A DNA stretch of 63,447 nucleotides, the filler included. It is 5 parts of 5 records of this genome, joined end to end, with 100 filler letters (N's around TTAATTAATTAA, not from the genome) between each part and the next. Parts side by side here need not be neighbours in the genome. Positions count along the whole stretch, not along the records: positions 45,403 to 53,588 come from SRR20825019_3089; positions 53,689 to 63,447 come from SRR20825019_3090; 3 more parts are not named here. One strand, written 5' to 3'. The position numbers and the translations under genes are program-made. How positions within the stretch are numbered: the first letter of the stretch is position 1; each line of letters begins with the position of its first letter. Shown one piece after another: positions 45,403-56,042 of this stretch. A model generated the notes under the pieces. The model was not told where the DNA came from. It did not search any database and saw only the letters and a list, made by a program, of their open reading frames with translations.

Positions 45403-45777
45403 AGATTGCAATAAATACACTCCTAAAGAATCTTTAAGTAGCTTGCTCTTTTTTGTTTTCTCGGTCTCTTCTTTTCGGCGGATATCTATAGGTGCTTTTA
45501 TTTTAAAAGCAACAAAATTACTATTCCCATTTATAGTGGCATTATAACCTCTCGGAATAGAATCTGTTTTTCCTGTTTTTAGATTTGTAATTACCAGTGT
45601 TCCATCTCCCATTCCTGGGTTGTATTCGTACACTAAATAATTTCCATTTTCTGAAATTTCTCTATTATCTATTTGTTTCCAGGTATCAAAATCGGCAATT
45701 GTAATTGATTTTTTTTGCGCAGTGAGGGAAACGGTTAATAGGAATACTGATACTAAGGAGAGTAGGTTTTTTATCAT
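45403..45777 (-). CDS. N-terminus of a secreted S9 (prolyl oligopeptidase-like) peptidase, truncated
   Basis: Signal peptide, then QKKSITIADFDTWKQI...ISENGNYLVY...GDGTLVI typical of Bacteroidota S9 N-termini; catalytic domain not in window. Confidence 0.6.
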
Positions 45778-45924
45778 GAAACTTTTTTTTTAAAATACTT
45801 GAATAGCGCACAAGATACCTAAATTAGGAATAATGGTCAATCGTAAAAAAATAATTCCTAGTAGGTATTTTTATGAAATACTCATTAACATTTTTATCAA
45901 ATCAACTTATTTGATAATTGGGAA

Positions 45925-46728
45925 TTAATATTCCCATTGCCTTGTTTTATTAAGGTCTTCCATTTCTGCAATAGCTTGTTCTGGAATTACCTTTAAGAAA
46001 GAAGGATGCTGCTCAATTGCATATTCAATTTTTTCGACAATCTCATTTATAGATTCATTTTCATAATCTATTTCCAAAGGCTCTTTAATAACCATCGACT
46101 GAAGAATTCCTTTTTTCTTAACACGAAGTCCTTTTTTATCAAAAGACCTTCTAAATCCGTCTATAACAACAGGAATTACAATAGGTTTATATTGTTTTAT
46201 AATATGTGCAGTTCCCTTCCGAATGGGTTTCCAAGGTTTTGTAGTCCCTTGCGGGAAGGTTATTACCCAGCCATCGTCTAAGGCTTTTTTTATATTAGAA
46301 ATATCACTAAACTTTACCTGTCTGTTTACCTCTTTCCCATCTGCTCTCCAAGTACGTTCAATACTTATAGATCCTGCATATGCCAATATTTTTGGTAGAA
46401 ATCCAGATTTCATGGTTTCTTTTGCTGCCACATAATAAATATTCAATTTAGGCTGCCACAAATAAGTAACATCTTTTATAGAATCTCCACGACCGCTCAA
46501 GCTTGCATTAAAAACATGAAACATAGCTACAACATCTGCAAAGTATGTTTGATGATTTGAAATAAATAAAACCCCTGTTTCAGGAAGATTTTTAATAATT
46601 TCCGACCCTTCAATTTGCAACTCATTAAACCCACGATAACGACGGTGGGTTAATAAACCTGCAATACGAATAAGCCATTTTTTTAAAAATAATATATGTC
46701 CGAAAGGATTTTTCTTAAACAATCCCAT
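45925..46728 (-). CDS. Lysophospholipid/1-acyl-glycerol-3-phosphate acyltransferase
   Basis: SNHQTYFAD (HxxxxD) and FPQGT motifs. Confidence 0.88.
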   Translation of the reverse strand: MGLFKKNPFGHILFLKKWLIRIAGLLTHRRYRGFNELQIEGSEIIKNLPETGVLFISNHQTYFADVVAMFHVFNASLSGRGDSIKDVTYLWQPKLNIYYVAAKETMKSGFLPKILAYAGSISIERTWRADGKEVNRQVKFSDISNIKKALDDGWVITFPQGTTKPWKPIRKGTAHIIKQYKPIVIPVVIDGFRRSFDKKGLRVKKKGILQSMVIKEPLEIDYENESINEIVEKIEYAIEQHPSFLKVIPEQAIAEMEDLNKTRQWEY

Positions 46729-46783
46729 TACTAATAGTTATATGCTAGTGTTAACAAAGTTTCAAAAATACAAAATCTTAACC

Positions 46784-47425
46784 TTAGATTAGCTTTTTAA
46801 ACATTTCTTTAACCTCATTAAGCATCATTGCAGTAGCACCCCATACCGTATAATTGTTTAATTTAAAGGCAGGTACGTTTATATTTTTAGCATAAGAAGT
46901 GGTTAAATTTTCTTCAAAAAGAGCCTTATCATTCATAAAGTCAGAAAATGAAACTTCAATAATCTCTTCTACCTCATCTTCTTGTAATGTAAATTCTAAT
47001 TTTTCTGTAGAAATCCCCACAAATGGTTGTACTAAAAAATTACTTGGAGGGATATATATTTCTGACATTCTCTTAATCAACTCTATTTTATTTGGAGATA
47101 CTCCTACTTCTTCCCAAGTTTCTCTTAATGCAGTTTCTTCAATATTTTTATCTGAAAGCTCTACTTTTCCTCCTGGAAAACCTACTTGATTAGAATGTAC
47201 GCCATTATAGGTTTTACGAAGAATTAATAAAAGTCTAGTTTTTAACGCATCATCTGGATAAAAAAGACTTACAACTCCTGCTCTTCTCGGGTTTTTATCT
47301 TCAATATTTATAGTATCTAATGTCTCCATTCTAGTTAAAGGAGCCATTTTATAATGAGATTCTTGCCCTGGTAGTGGCAGATTTTTTATTTTTGGAACTA
47401 AATCGTAAAAATCAGCAAATTTCAT
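46784..47425 (-). CDS. Nudix hydrolase, CoA pyrophosphatase type
   Basis: HSNQVGFPGGK..ALRETWEEVG Nudix box; VWGATAMML. Confidence 0.9.
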   Translation of the reverse strand: MKFADFYDLVPKIKNLPLPGQESHYKMAPLTRMETLDTINIEDKNPRRAGVVSLFYPDDALKTRLLLILRKTYNGVHSNQVGFPGGKVELSDKNIEETALRETWEEVGVSPNKIELIKRMSEIYIPPSNFLVQPFVGISTEKLEFTLQEDEVEEIIEVSFSDFMNDKALFEENLTTSYAKNINVPAFKLNNYTVWGATAMMLNEVKEMFKKLI

Positions 47426-48154
47426 ATGCAATATTATACAGTTCGAGCATTTACAATAATACTATTATTTATTTTATCTAGTTGTGGAGATTCAGCAAAA
47501 AAAACTAAGAGCTCTTCAGCAGAAAAAGTCAAAGATACCACTGTAATAGATTCAGCAAAAATAAAAGAAACGCAACAAAAAAAAGAAGAAGAAAAGCCAT
47601 TTGTACTGACAGAAGATAATGCTATTCCATTTTTCTTTGAATATCAAAAAGAACATACAGAACACATAGTTAAAATAAACACTTCTATGGGAAGTTTTGT
47701 TGTGGATTTATACAACCAAACGCCCTACCACAGAGCTAATTTTATTTATCTAACCAAGAAAAAATATTTTAATAATACCTATTTCCACCGTGTAGTTAAG
47801 AATTTTATTATTCAAGGAGGAAATACAGATATGATGTCTACCGCTAAAAAAAGAGATAGCATTGGGTTTTATTTGCTTCCTCCAGATACTAAAAAGGGAC
47901 TAAAACACAACCGCGGAGTTATGTCTATGCCTAGTAGTGATGATGTTGCAAACCCTCATAAACTAGCATCTCCATTTGAGTTTTTTATAGTTACTGCTAA
48001 GAATGGGGCACACCATTTAGATGGTAAATATACTGCTTTCGGAAGGGTAATCTCTGGAATGGATGTTGTAGATAAAATTAATAATGTTCCTGCTGGAAAA
48101 GACGAATGGCCTCTAAAAAATGTACTTATTAAATCGGTTGAAATTTTGGAATAA
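47426..48154 (+). CDS. Cyclophilin-type peptidyl-prolyl isomerase, lipoprotein
   Basis: Lipobox LSSC; FHRVVKNFIIQGG, HLDGKYTAFGRVISGMDVVDKI. Confidence 0.92.
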   Translation: MQYYTVRAFTIILLFILSSCGDSAKKTKSSSAEKVKDTTVIDSAKIKETQQKKEEEKPFVLTEDNAIPFFFEYQKEHTEHIVKINTSMGSFVVDLYNQTPYHRANFIYLTKKKYFNNTYFHRVVKNFIIQGGNTDMMSTAKKRDSIGFYLLPPDTKKGLKHNRGVMSMPSSDDVANPHKLASPFEFFIVTAKNGAHHLDGKYTAFGRVISGMDVVDKINNVPAGKDEWPLKNVLIKSVEILE

Positions 48155-48291
48155 GCTGCCTCGATATAAGCACACAAAGTATTTTAAAAAAAGCATTGTG
48201 GTTTTGAGAAAGCCTCGTAGCATTTATACCTCGATACCCATTCAAGCAAAGTCGGGTAAATAAATCCTTTTGGTATTCAAATAAAATACAT

Positions 48292-48897
48292 TTATTTTTT
48301 ATAAACGGTAGGCAATTCTAATTTGTATTTAACTGCTAACAAACGCACCACAATTACAACAATAATTGGAATGGCAAAAACAATATTACTTTTAATATCA
48401 AAAAGTGTCAATATAAAATAACTTACTCCACCAAGAATACATGCGGTGGCATAGATTTCTTTTCTAAATATAACGGGAATTTCATTACAAAGTATGTCTC
48501 TTAATACTCCTCCAAAACATGCACTTATTGTTCCTAAAGCAATGCACATAATTGGATGAAGACCAGCCGCTACACCTTTTTCAACACCTACAACTGTATA
48601 CAAACCAATTCCAATAGTATCAAATAAAAAAAGAGAAAGATTAAAATATTTTAATTTACTTCTAAAAATTATAGCTAATATAACGGTTCCTATAACTACA
48701 AACATATAGGTGGTATTAATTAACCAAGTTACAGGAGAAATTCCTAATAATACATCTCGAATAGTTCCGCCGCCCAGTGCTGTTACAAAACCTATAATAA
48801 AAATCCCAAAGGGATCCAGTCGCTTATTCATGGCTACCATAACTCCTGATATTGCAAAAGCAACTGTTCCTAATAAATCTATTAAATAATAAAACAT
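48292..48897 (-). CDS. TRIC channel / UPF0126 family membrane protein
   Basis: AFAISG, TALGGGTIRDVLLG, FGGVLRDILCNEIPVIF duplicated helix repeats. Confidence 0.9.
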   Translation of the reverse strand: MFYYLIDLLGTVAFAISGVMVAMNKRLDPFGIFIIGFVTALGGGTIRDVLLGISPVTWLINTTYMFVVIGTVILAIIFRSKLKYFNLSLFLFDTIGIGLYTVVGVEKGVAAGLHPIMCIALGTISACFGGVLRDILCNEIPVIFRKEIYATACILGGVSYFILTLFDIKSNIVFAIPIIVVIVVRLLAVKYKLELPTVYKK

Positions 48898-49640
48898 TAC
48901 ATGTGTTGGGTAAAGTAGTTATAATCTTTTAAAACAGTTTTCACAAAGGCATGGGTATTATTGTGAACGGATTGTATGCCTGTTACTTCTTCTATCTTAC
49001 TTTTTAGCTTTAGCATAGTTTGATGGTCGGATGCCTTTCTAGCTACTTCATAAGTTTCTTTTATAATTCTAGCATCATTGTCGGATAACTTAATAACCAT
49101 TGGATATGTTGGTTTATAGTCTTCTGATAAATTTTCTAAAATAGTATGATTAATAGTTACCTTATTTTTTAAGGTAATTACAGAAGTTCCCGCAGTAATA
49201 TCTCCCAATCGCTGACTCTTATCACTTACAATTATAGAAATCAATCCTATAATTCCACTCATCATATTAATGTCTATAATTCTAAAAAACCATCGCACTA
49301 CATAATCTGGAAAAGATGCTTGATATCCATCTATTTTTACCACTTTTATTTTTAAGGCTCTCTTTCCTATAGTTTGACCTTCTAATAACGATTCAAAAAG
49401 TAAGGTATAAAATACTACAGGAAGTAAAAACAATAATATAATTGCCATTTGCGACCAATCGTCCATAGCCTGCATTGTTTCCCACAACCCTGATAAATGA
49501 AAAATAAAATAAGCTATGGTAGAAACATAGGCTATTTTAATAAGAAAGTCTGTTGCATATGCCAGAATTCGTTCTCCCACCGATGCTGCTGTAAACATTA
49601 TGTTTACATTTTGTGTTGTGTTAATTTGTAACTCTGACAT
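48897..49640 (-). CDS. RDD family membrane protein
   Basis: ERILAYATD, GQTIGK, QRLGDITAGT. Confidence 0.9.
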   Translation of the reverse strand: MSELQINTTQNVNIMFTAASVGERILAYATDFLIKIAYVSTIAYFIFHLSGLWETMQAMDDWSQMAIILLFLLPVVFYTLLFESLLEGQTIGKRALKIKVVKIDGYQASFPDYVVRWFFRIIDINMMSGIIGLISIIVSDKSQRLGDITAGTSVITLKNKVTINHTILENLSEDYKPTYPMVIKLSDNDARIIKETYEVARKASDHQTMLKLKSKIEEVTGIQSVHNNTHAFVKTVLKDYNYFTQHM

Positions 49641-49671
49641 TTTCTTACTTAATTTAAACTTTTTATTCTAC

Positions 49672-50649
49672 ATGAGAGAAGTTGCATTTATCAAACAAAA
49701 TAAAGAAAAATGGCTCAATTTTGAAAAGGCTATTTTCCATAATCAATTTAAAGACCCAGACGACCTTGCTTCTCAGTACATTCATTTAATTAATGATTTG
49801 TCTTTTGCGCAAACCTATTACCCCAAAAGTAAAATAATAAACTATTTAAATCAGCTTGCTGCAAAAGCATTTCAAAAAATATATCGGACAAAAAGGCAAG
49901 ATACTAATAGAATTTTATCTTTTTGGAAAACAGAAGCTCCTCTTATAGTATTTCAATACCGAAGATATATTGCTTACGCTTTTATTATTTTTTTCTGTTT
50001 TGTTACTATCGGAGTTATTTCCGCAGCAAACGACACTACTTTTGTTAGACTTATTTTAGGAGAAGATTATGTAAATAGAACTCTAGAGAACATTCAAAAA
50101 GGAGATCCTGTTGCTATTTATAAAACAGGAAGTAATTGGGGTGGGTTTTTAGCTATTACATTTAACAACCTCTTTGTTGGTATAAAATCTTTTATTTATG
50201 GCATTTTTGGGGGATTAGGAACAGGGTTTGTACTCATGCAAAATGGAATTATGTTGGGCGCATTTCAATATATGTTTCAGCAAGAAGGTGTTTTCTGGGA
50301 GAGTGTACGTGGTATTTGGATCCACGGAGCTATGGAAATTTTTGCAATTGTAATTGAAGGAGCTGCAGGCTTACTTCTAGGCGCTAATATTTTGTTTCCA
50401 AAAACTTTTACCAGAATAGAATCTTTTAAAATTGGAGTGAAAGATGGAGTGAAAATTTTAATAAGCACCTTCCCTTTTACCATTGCAGCAGGTTTTTTGG
50501 AGGGTTTTGTAACTCGCTATTCTAATGCTATGCCACATTTTCTCTCTGTAGGAATTATATTAATTACTTTGAGTATTATTTCTTATTACTTTTTAATTTA
50601 TCCAACTATTGTTTTTAAAAAAATAACCAAAAATTATGCAGCTCTATAA
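49672..50649 (+). CDS. Stage II sporulation protein M-like membrane protein
   Basis: MREVAFIKQNKEKW start, DLSFAQTYYP, NG..LG, IHGAMEI, AGFLEGFVT. Confidence 0.85.
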   Translation: MREVAFIKQNKEKWLNFEKAIFHNQFKDPDDLASQYIHLINDLSFAQTYYPKSKIINYLNQLAAKAFQKIYRTKRQDTNRILSFWKTEAPLIVFQYRRYIAYAFIIFFCFVTIGVISAANDTTFVRLILGEDYVNRTLENIQKGDPVAIYKTGSNWGGFLAITFNNLFVGIKSFIYGIFGGLGTGFVLMQNGIMLGAFQYMFQQEGVFWESVRGIWIHGAMEIFAIVIEGAAGLLLGANILFPKTFTRIESFKIGVKDGVKILISTFPFTIAAGFLEGFVTRYSNAMPHFLSVGIILITLSIISYYFLIYPTIVFKKITKNYAAL

Positions 50650-51568
50650 ATCCAGATCTTTTGGAGACTTTTTTTCTGATACATTTACTTTTCTAAAAGA
50701 AAACGGAAAACACTTTTATAAAAACTACTTTATCATCAATGGGATCTTTATTATTCTATTAATGGTAATGATATTTTTCTTTTTTCGCTTTTATAACAAT
50801 ATAATATTCTCAGATTTTACAACTGGTTCTGGAGATCCATTTACCAATTATATCGACGAAAATATAGGCACTGTTTTAATATTTGGTTCTTTATTTTTTA
50901 TACTTGGACTCTTACTAGGAGTTATTAATTATGCATATACTCCAATTTATTTTCTTCTATTTGAAAAGCACGGCGGCAAGAATTTTACTAAAAATGATCT
51001 TATAAATGAATTAAAAACACAGTTAGGAAAGATTTTTATCTTTTTATTAGCAGGGTTTTTAATTTCGATTCCTACATTTATTGCAACCTTAATTATTTGT
51101 GGGATTCTAGCCGTAACTATTATAGGAATTCCATTACTTTTAATTGTTTTTGCATGGCTAGCTCAGTTTTACTTTATAGCTTTTATAGCCTATTTACAAA
51201 CAGACAAAGGAGTATTTGATTGTTTCTCGTACAGTTTTAATCTTTCCTTCAAAAAGTTTTGGTCTGCAAATGGTTGTGTAGCATTATTTTATATAATTAT
51301 TCAAACAGTACAAACTATCATAACAATAATTCCTTATAGCTTTTTAATTGGCTCCTTTGTTTTAGGTGCTGAAAACGGTTCTAACACAAACGAACAAACA
51401 CTAACTGCAATTACTTTAATGACAATTACCTATATGGTTGCCTTCTTTATAAACCTAATAATGGTTACTGTTTTACAAATGAATGAAAGCATTATCTACT
51501 TTAGCTTAAAAGAAGAAACCGAAAACATTAATACAAAAAGTGTGATAGACGAAATAGGAAGTTATTAA
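50636..51568 (+). CDS. Multi-pass membrane protein of the SpoIIM/MoxR cluster
   Basis: 310-aa hydrophobic ORF overlapping the upstream stop; RSFGDFFSDTF start. Confidence 0.8.
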   Translation: MQLYKSRSFGDFFSDTFTFLKENGKHFYKNYFIINGIFIILLMVMIFFFFRFYNNIIFSDFTTGSGDPFTNYIDENIGTVLIFGSLFFILGLLLGVINYAYTPIYFLLFEKHGGKNFTKNDLINELKTQLGKIFIFLLAGFLISIPTFIATLIICGILAVTIIGIPLLLIVFAWLAQFYFIAFIAYLQTDKGVFDCFSYSFNLSFKKFWSANGCVALFYIIIQTVQTIITIIPYSFLIGSFVLGAENGSNTNEQTLTAITLMTITYMVAFFINLIMVTVLQMNESIIYFSLKEETENINTKSVIDEIGSY

Positions 51569-51569
51569 T

Positions 51570-52319
51570 ATGCGATTAAAACGATTACTCTTTTTTTTAT
51601 TATTTCTCACGCTTACTTTTAGTTTTGGACAAACAGCTGCCAATAAAAAAAGTATTGGAGACACACTTACTATTGATAGAAATTCCGCTATAGAAAAACG
51701 TAGTTATACAGAAGGTTTTAAAGACAATTATACTGCTGAAAAATATCAATATGAAGTGGATGCCGCGCCAAATGGTTGGTTTTCTAGACTGAAACAATGG
51801 TTTAAAGACCTTTTTATAAAGTTATTTCAGCTAAACAATGATGTCGAAGCAAATAAGTTAATAGATATTATTTCTCGGATTGTCTATTTACTCATTATTA
51901 TTGTTGTAATCTACATCATTGTAAAAGCTATTTTAAATAAAGAAGGAAGATGGATTTTTGGTCGCTATTCTGATAAAAAAAGTCTTAACATTCAAGACAT
52001 AGAAGCCAATATCCATAAAACCGATTTCAAAACTCTAATTGAGCAAGCATCTAAAGAAGAAAATTATAGACTAGCCATTCGTTATTATTATTTATGGCTT
52101 TTAAAAGAACTTTCAGAAAGAGAATATATAGATTATGACGTTGAAAAAACTAATAGCGATTATATAAATGAACTTAATGATGCTAACTTAAAAACAAAAT
52201 TCTCATACACTTCTTACCTTTATAATTATATCTGGTATGGAGAGTTTCCTATTGAAAAATTGGCTTATACAGAGGCAGTAGATCGTTTTGAAAACCTTTT
52301 AAATTTGGTTAGAAAATGA
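51570..52319 (+). CDS. DUF4129-like membrane protein
   Basis: AIRYYYL..L..L....I.....KTNSDY..EL...Y.YIWYGEF pattern. Confidence 0.75.
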   Translation: MRLKRLLFFLLFLTLTFSFGQTAANKKSIGDTLTIDRNSAIEKRSYTEGFKDNYTAEKYQYEVDAAPNGWFSRLKQWFKDLFIKLFQLNNDVEANKLIDIISRIVYLLIIIVVIYIIVKAILNKEGRWIFGRYSDKKSLNIQDIEANIHKTDFKTLIEQASKEENYRLAIRYYYLWLLKELSEREYIDYDVEKTNSDYINELNDANLKTKFSYTSYLYNYIWYGEFPIEKLAYTEAVDRFENLLNLVRK

Positions 52320-53512
52320 ACAGGACTTTAAAAATATACGTAAGCGTTTTGGTTTTACTGTTTATTGGAGCTATTATTTTTGAAGTTTCAAGACCCAAAC
52401 CTGTTGATTGGACTCCTTCTTTTAGTGAAAAACATACCATTCCCTATGGGCTTAAAGTTTTCCGAGATGAGTTACCGAGTCTCTTTCCAAACGATTCTAT
52501 TGTAAATTTACATCGAACTGCATATGAGTTTTTAAACGACCATTATAATTGGGAAGATTCTACCTATTCTATAAAAGGGAGTTATCTAAAAATTAATCCA
52601 AACTTCACTATTGATGCGGTTTCAGTAGAAAAAATATTAGAATTTGCCAGCCAAGGAAATACTGTTTTTATTGCTTCGGAACAATTTCCACAAATATTAC
52701 AAGATACGCTTCAATTTAAATTAAAAAATAACTATAGTTTTAGTGGAAGCGCTACTTTTAAATTATCTAATAACGCTTTTAAAGGAGATTCTATTGTTGC
52801 ATCTAAAGGAAGTAGTAATTATTATTTCCACGAATTAAATAAAGAAAATACTACTGTTTTAGGCTCTCAAAAATTTAAAGAAGAACATATTAATTTCGTT
52901 AAAATAAAATTTAAAAAAGGAGCTATTCTCTTACATACACAGCCTTATGCGTTTACCAATTATTATCTTTTAAAAGACACTAATTACAACTATGTTTCAG
53001 ATGTTTTAACGTATTTACCAAATGGAACTGTGCTTTTTGACTCAGATTATAAGGAAGGGACGTATGTCTCCGACTCTCCTTTACGCTTTATTTTCTCACA
53101 ACCTTCTTTAAAGTGGGCATGGCTTTTAGCGCTATTTTTTATTATTACTTTTATGCTTTTTAATGCAAAAAGGAGGCAAAGAGCTATAAAAATTATAACT
53201 CCATTACGCAATACTACCGTACAGTTTACAAAAACAGTAGCCAATTTATATTACGAGTCTAAAGACCACACAAATATTATTGATAAAAAAATAACCTATT
53301 TCTTTGAACAAATCCGGAGAGATTATCATTTAAATACAGAACTTTTAGATGACAAATTTATAAGCAGATTAGCATCCAAAACTGGAGTCAGTAAAAATAA
53401 AGTACAAAAACTTATTCAATATATTCTGGCTTTAAGAACTAAAACTATACATACCGAAAAAGACCTTGTAGATTTAAATAAATTAATTGAAGAATTTTAT
53501 CAGAAAAAATAA
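52316..53512 (+). CDS. DUF4350-like protein
   Basis: DWTPSFS..HTIPYG, P..FTNYYLL, FNAKRRQRAI, FTKTVANLY; ATGA overlap with the previous gene. Confidence 0.75.
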   Translation: MNRTLKIYVSVLVLLFIGAIIFEVSRPKPVDWTPSFSEKHTIPYGLKVFRDELPSLFPNDSIVNLHRTAYEFLNDHYNWEDSTYSIKGSYLKINPNFTIDAVSVEKILEFASQGNTVFIASEQFPQILQDTLQFKLKNNYSFSGSATFKLSNNAFKGDSIVASKGSSNYYFHELNKENTTVLGSQKFKEEHINFVKIKFKKGAILLHTQPYAFTNYYLLKDTNYNYVSDVLTYLPNGTVLFDSDYKEGTYVSDSPLRFIFSQPSLKWAWLLALFFIITFMLFNAKRRQRAIKIITPLRNTTVQFTKTVANLYYESKDHTNIIDKKITYFFEQIRRDYHLNTELLDDKFISRLASKTGVSKNKVQKLIQYILALRTKTIHTEKDLVDLNKLIEEFYQKK

Positions 53513-53514
53513 AT

Positions 53515-53588
53515 ATGGACACACCGATAGAAAATCAATCTGAAGAACAAAATAACGATCTAAATAGCGACCAAAACAATGAGCAGAA
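53515..53588 (+). CDS. Start of next gene, probably a MoxR AAA ATPase (truncated)
   Basis: ATG 2 nt after the previous stop, MDTPIENQSEEQNN...; identity inferred only from the usual order of this cluster. Confidence 0.45.
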
Positions 53589-53688
53589 NNNNNNNNNNNN
53601 NNNNNNNNNNNNNNNNNNNNNNNNNNNNNNNNTTAATTAATTAANNNNNNNNNNNNNNNNNNNNNNNNNNNNNNNNNNNNNNNNNNNN
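53589..53688. other. Artificial contig linker (bacterium to eukaryote boundary)
   Basis: Same 100-nt linker. Confidence 0.98.
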
Positions 53689-56042
53689 GTGGTCGGTCGA
53701 GTCACTGTTGGAATAGTAATGATTGTCGTTGGAGTGCTTGTCGATCGAGTAGTAGTGCTCGATGGGACAAGAATAGTACTGGTTGGTGGCGGTGACTCGC
53801 ACTCGCAGGTCAGAATATTAACTGGCTGCTCACCGCACTGTTCCGGATCTAAACTGCACAGTTCGCACTCTCGCCCTCCATATCTCCAACCACAATTGCA
53901 AACGCAAAGATCGGTATCAAGAGTACCACCATGAAAGCATGTTAAGTCGCAAAGCTCACACCTTTGACCAGTCCAGGGCCGAGGGCAATCACATGTGCAC
54001 AACATGTCCCCGCTATCATCTTCAGAGACAAATATTCCCTGGTGAAGACAATCCTCGGGCATCAGACCACATGACTTTGGCTCTGAGCATTCACAAGTAA
54101 TGATATCCACAGAAGAACCGGGCGGGCACTCTTCTGGGTCCAGTGTGCATAACTCACATTCTCGACCACCCCATCGCCATCCGCAGTTGCAAACACACAA
54201 ATCGGTGTCAAGCGTTCCTCCGTGGAAGCACGTCAGGTCACAAAGCTCACAGCGCTGTCCTGTCCACGGCCTCATACAATCGCAACGACATTCGCCTGCC
54301 TCTCCCCAATAAATACCACTATGAAGGCAGTCCTCTGGTTCCAGCCCACACTTTTCCTCCTCGACACATTCACACGTGACTATATCGACAGTCGAGCCGG
54401 CAGGGCATTCCTCAGGATCTATCGTGCACATTTCACATTCTCGGCCGCCCCATCGCCAACCACAGTTGCAAATACATTGATCTGAGTCCAGAGTTCCTCC
54501 GTGAAAGCATATCAGATCACACGCCTCGCAGCGCTGCCCACTCCAGGGTCTCGTACAGTCACACTCACACTTCCCATTTTCCGAACTATAGACACCACCA
54601 TGAAGACAATCTTCTGGGCGCAAGCCACACTGGGGCGGCTCTGAGCATTCGCACGTTACTAGATCGACCACACTTCCCGAAGGGCACGATTCAGGATCGA
54701 TAGAACATAGTTCACACTCCCTTCCACCCCAGCGCCACCCACAATCGCAGATACACGAGTCCGTGTCCAGGGTGCCTCCATGAAAACATGATAGATCACA
54801 TGCCTCGCAACGGTCTCCGGACCACGGACGGAGGCACTCGCAATCGCAAGACTTGCCATCCTTAACAAAAACACCTCCATGTAAGCAGTCTTCCGGCTTC
54901 AACCCGCACTGGTCTGGCTCCGCTTCACAAGAGCACTTGATGACATCAACGACCTCTCCGTCATCACATTCTGCCGAGTCAAGCGAGCACGTATCACACG
55001 CTCTGCCAGCCCATCGCCACTTGCAGTTACATTGGCACGCGTCTGAATCCAGCTGCCCGTCATGATAGCACACAGTGTCGCACATCTCACATCTCTGGCC
55101 CGTCCATGGTCGCACGCACTCGCATTCACACCTCACCGCATCAAGCACACCCCCGTGAAGACAGTCCTCGGGGCTCAGGTGACAGGTTGCTGCTGATACT
55201 GAAAGCAAACGTATTAACATTCCACGGAATGTTGAGAATGCCAACTTCCTACCCTCTATTAGCTCGGTTGCTCCAGCGGCTAGCCTTGCATCCCTTGTGT
55301 GAGCATGAGACGGTCCTGGAGAGGCAAGCCAGTTAGGTGTACGCACAGACCCGGCCGCGGGGGTAGCTCACCCATCAATTCCCTCACAAAACACCTCTGA
55401 GTCCCGTCAGGATTGTACTTCATAGCCCCACTCTTGTACCAATCCCTCTTAGTGGGAATCAACCCGTCTCCCCCCCACTCCTTGTATGGTATACAGTTTT
55501 TGTCTCGAAAATCATCGCAAGGAGATACAATCACAGGCGTTCGGTTCTCTGTTGATTAAACATTTGAGGAAGAACCCCGAATACAACTTACAACAATCCC
55601 ATACCAATACTTCTGCAATGATGGAACTCCTTGGCGCATGCATATTCTTTAACAGAGGACACGCACATATTCGGGTGAAAGAGAAGTTTCAAAATCCTTT
55701 GGTAGTGCTGGTGGGCCCGATTGTTCATTGCCACCCAAGAGTCGCCAGTCTTTCGTCGATACTATGCGGGAAAAGGAAAAGATATCGAAATCAGTTGAAG
55801 GATGCCGACAGCTGAAAAACTCGGGACTCACGTTATACGATATTTGATCACAAAAACTCTTCTCATGCCTCGGAGGAATTGCGCACAACCACTCCTGCTC
55901 AGCCGAGCTGGGCTGCCCCCCTCCCACTCCTGGAAATAGAATAGTTTCAGAGAGGCCGAGAAACGTTATTCTTAGGCAACTTACCCAGCCCCGCCATTAT
56001 GACAACAAGGACAACCCAACTCAGCTTTGGAGCCGGTGTCAT
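53689..56042 (-). CDS. Secreted/surface protein: signal peptide, Frizzled-like CRD, five Cys-rich EGF-like super-repeats, Thr/Pro stalk (3'-truncated); 5 introns
   Basis: Manual splicing from ATG 56042 (MTPAPKLSWVVLVVIMAGLG) through ORFs 55649-55927 and 55280-55534 into the 569-aa frame; five ~95-aa units beginning CxLxPEDCLH. Confidence 0.75.

Noticed and set aside
48156-48265. CCTCG(AT) motifs and a weak hairpin between cyclophilin and TRIC genes
   Set aside because: Too degenerate to call a REP-like element or terminator.
34023-53588. Bacteria-to-eukaryote horizontal transfer
   Set aside because: Bacterial DNA is on separate contigs with intact operons, no introns and native composition.
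53790-55190. DNA-level tandem repeats suggesting a satellite or mobile element
   Set aside because: They are coding Cys-rich protein repeats with synonymous divergence.
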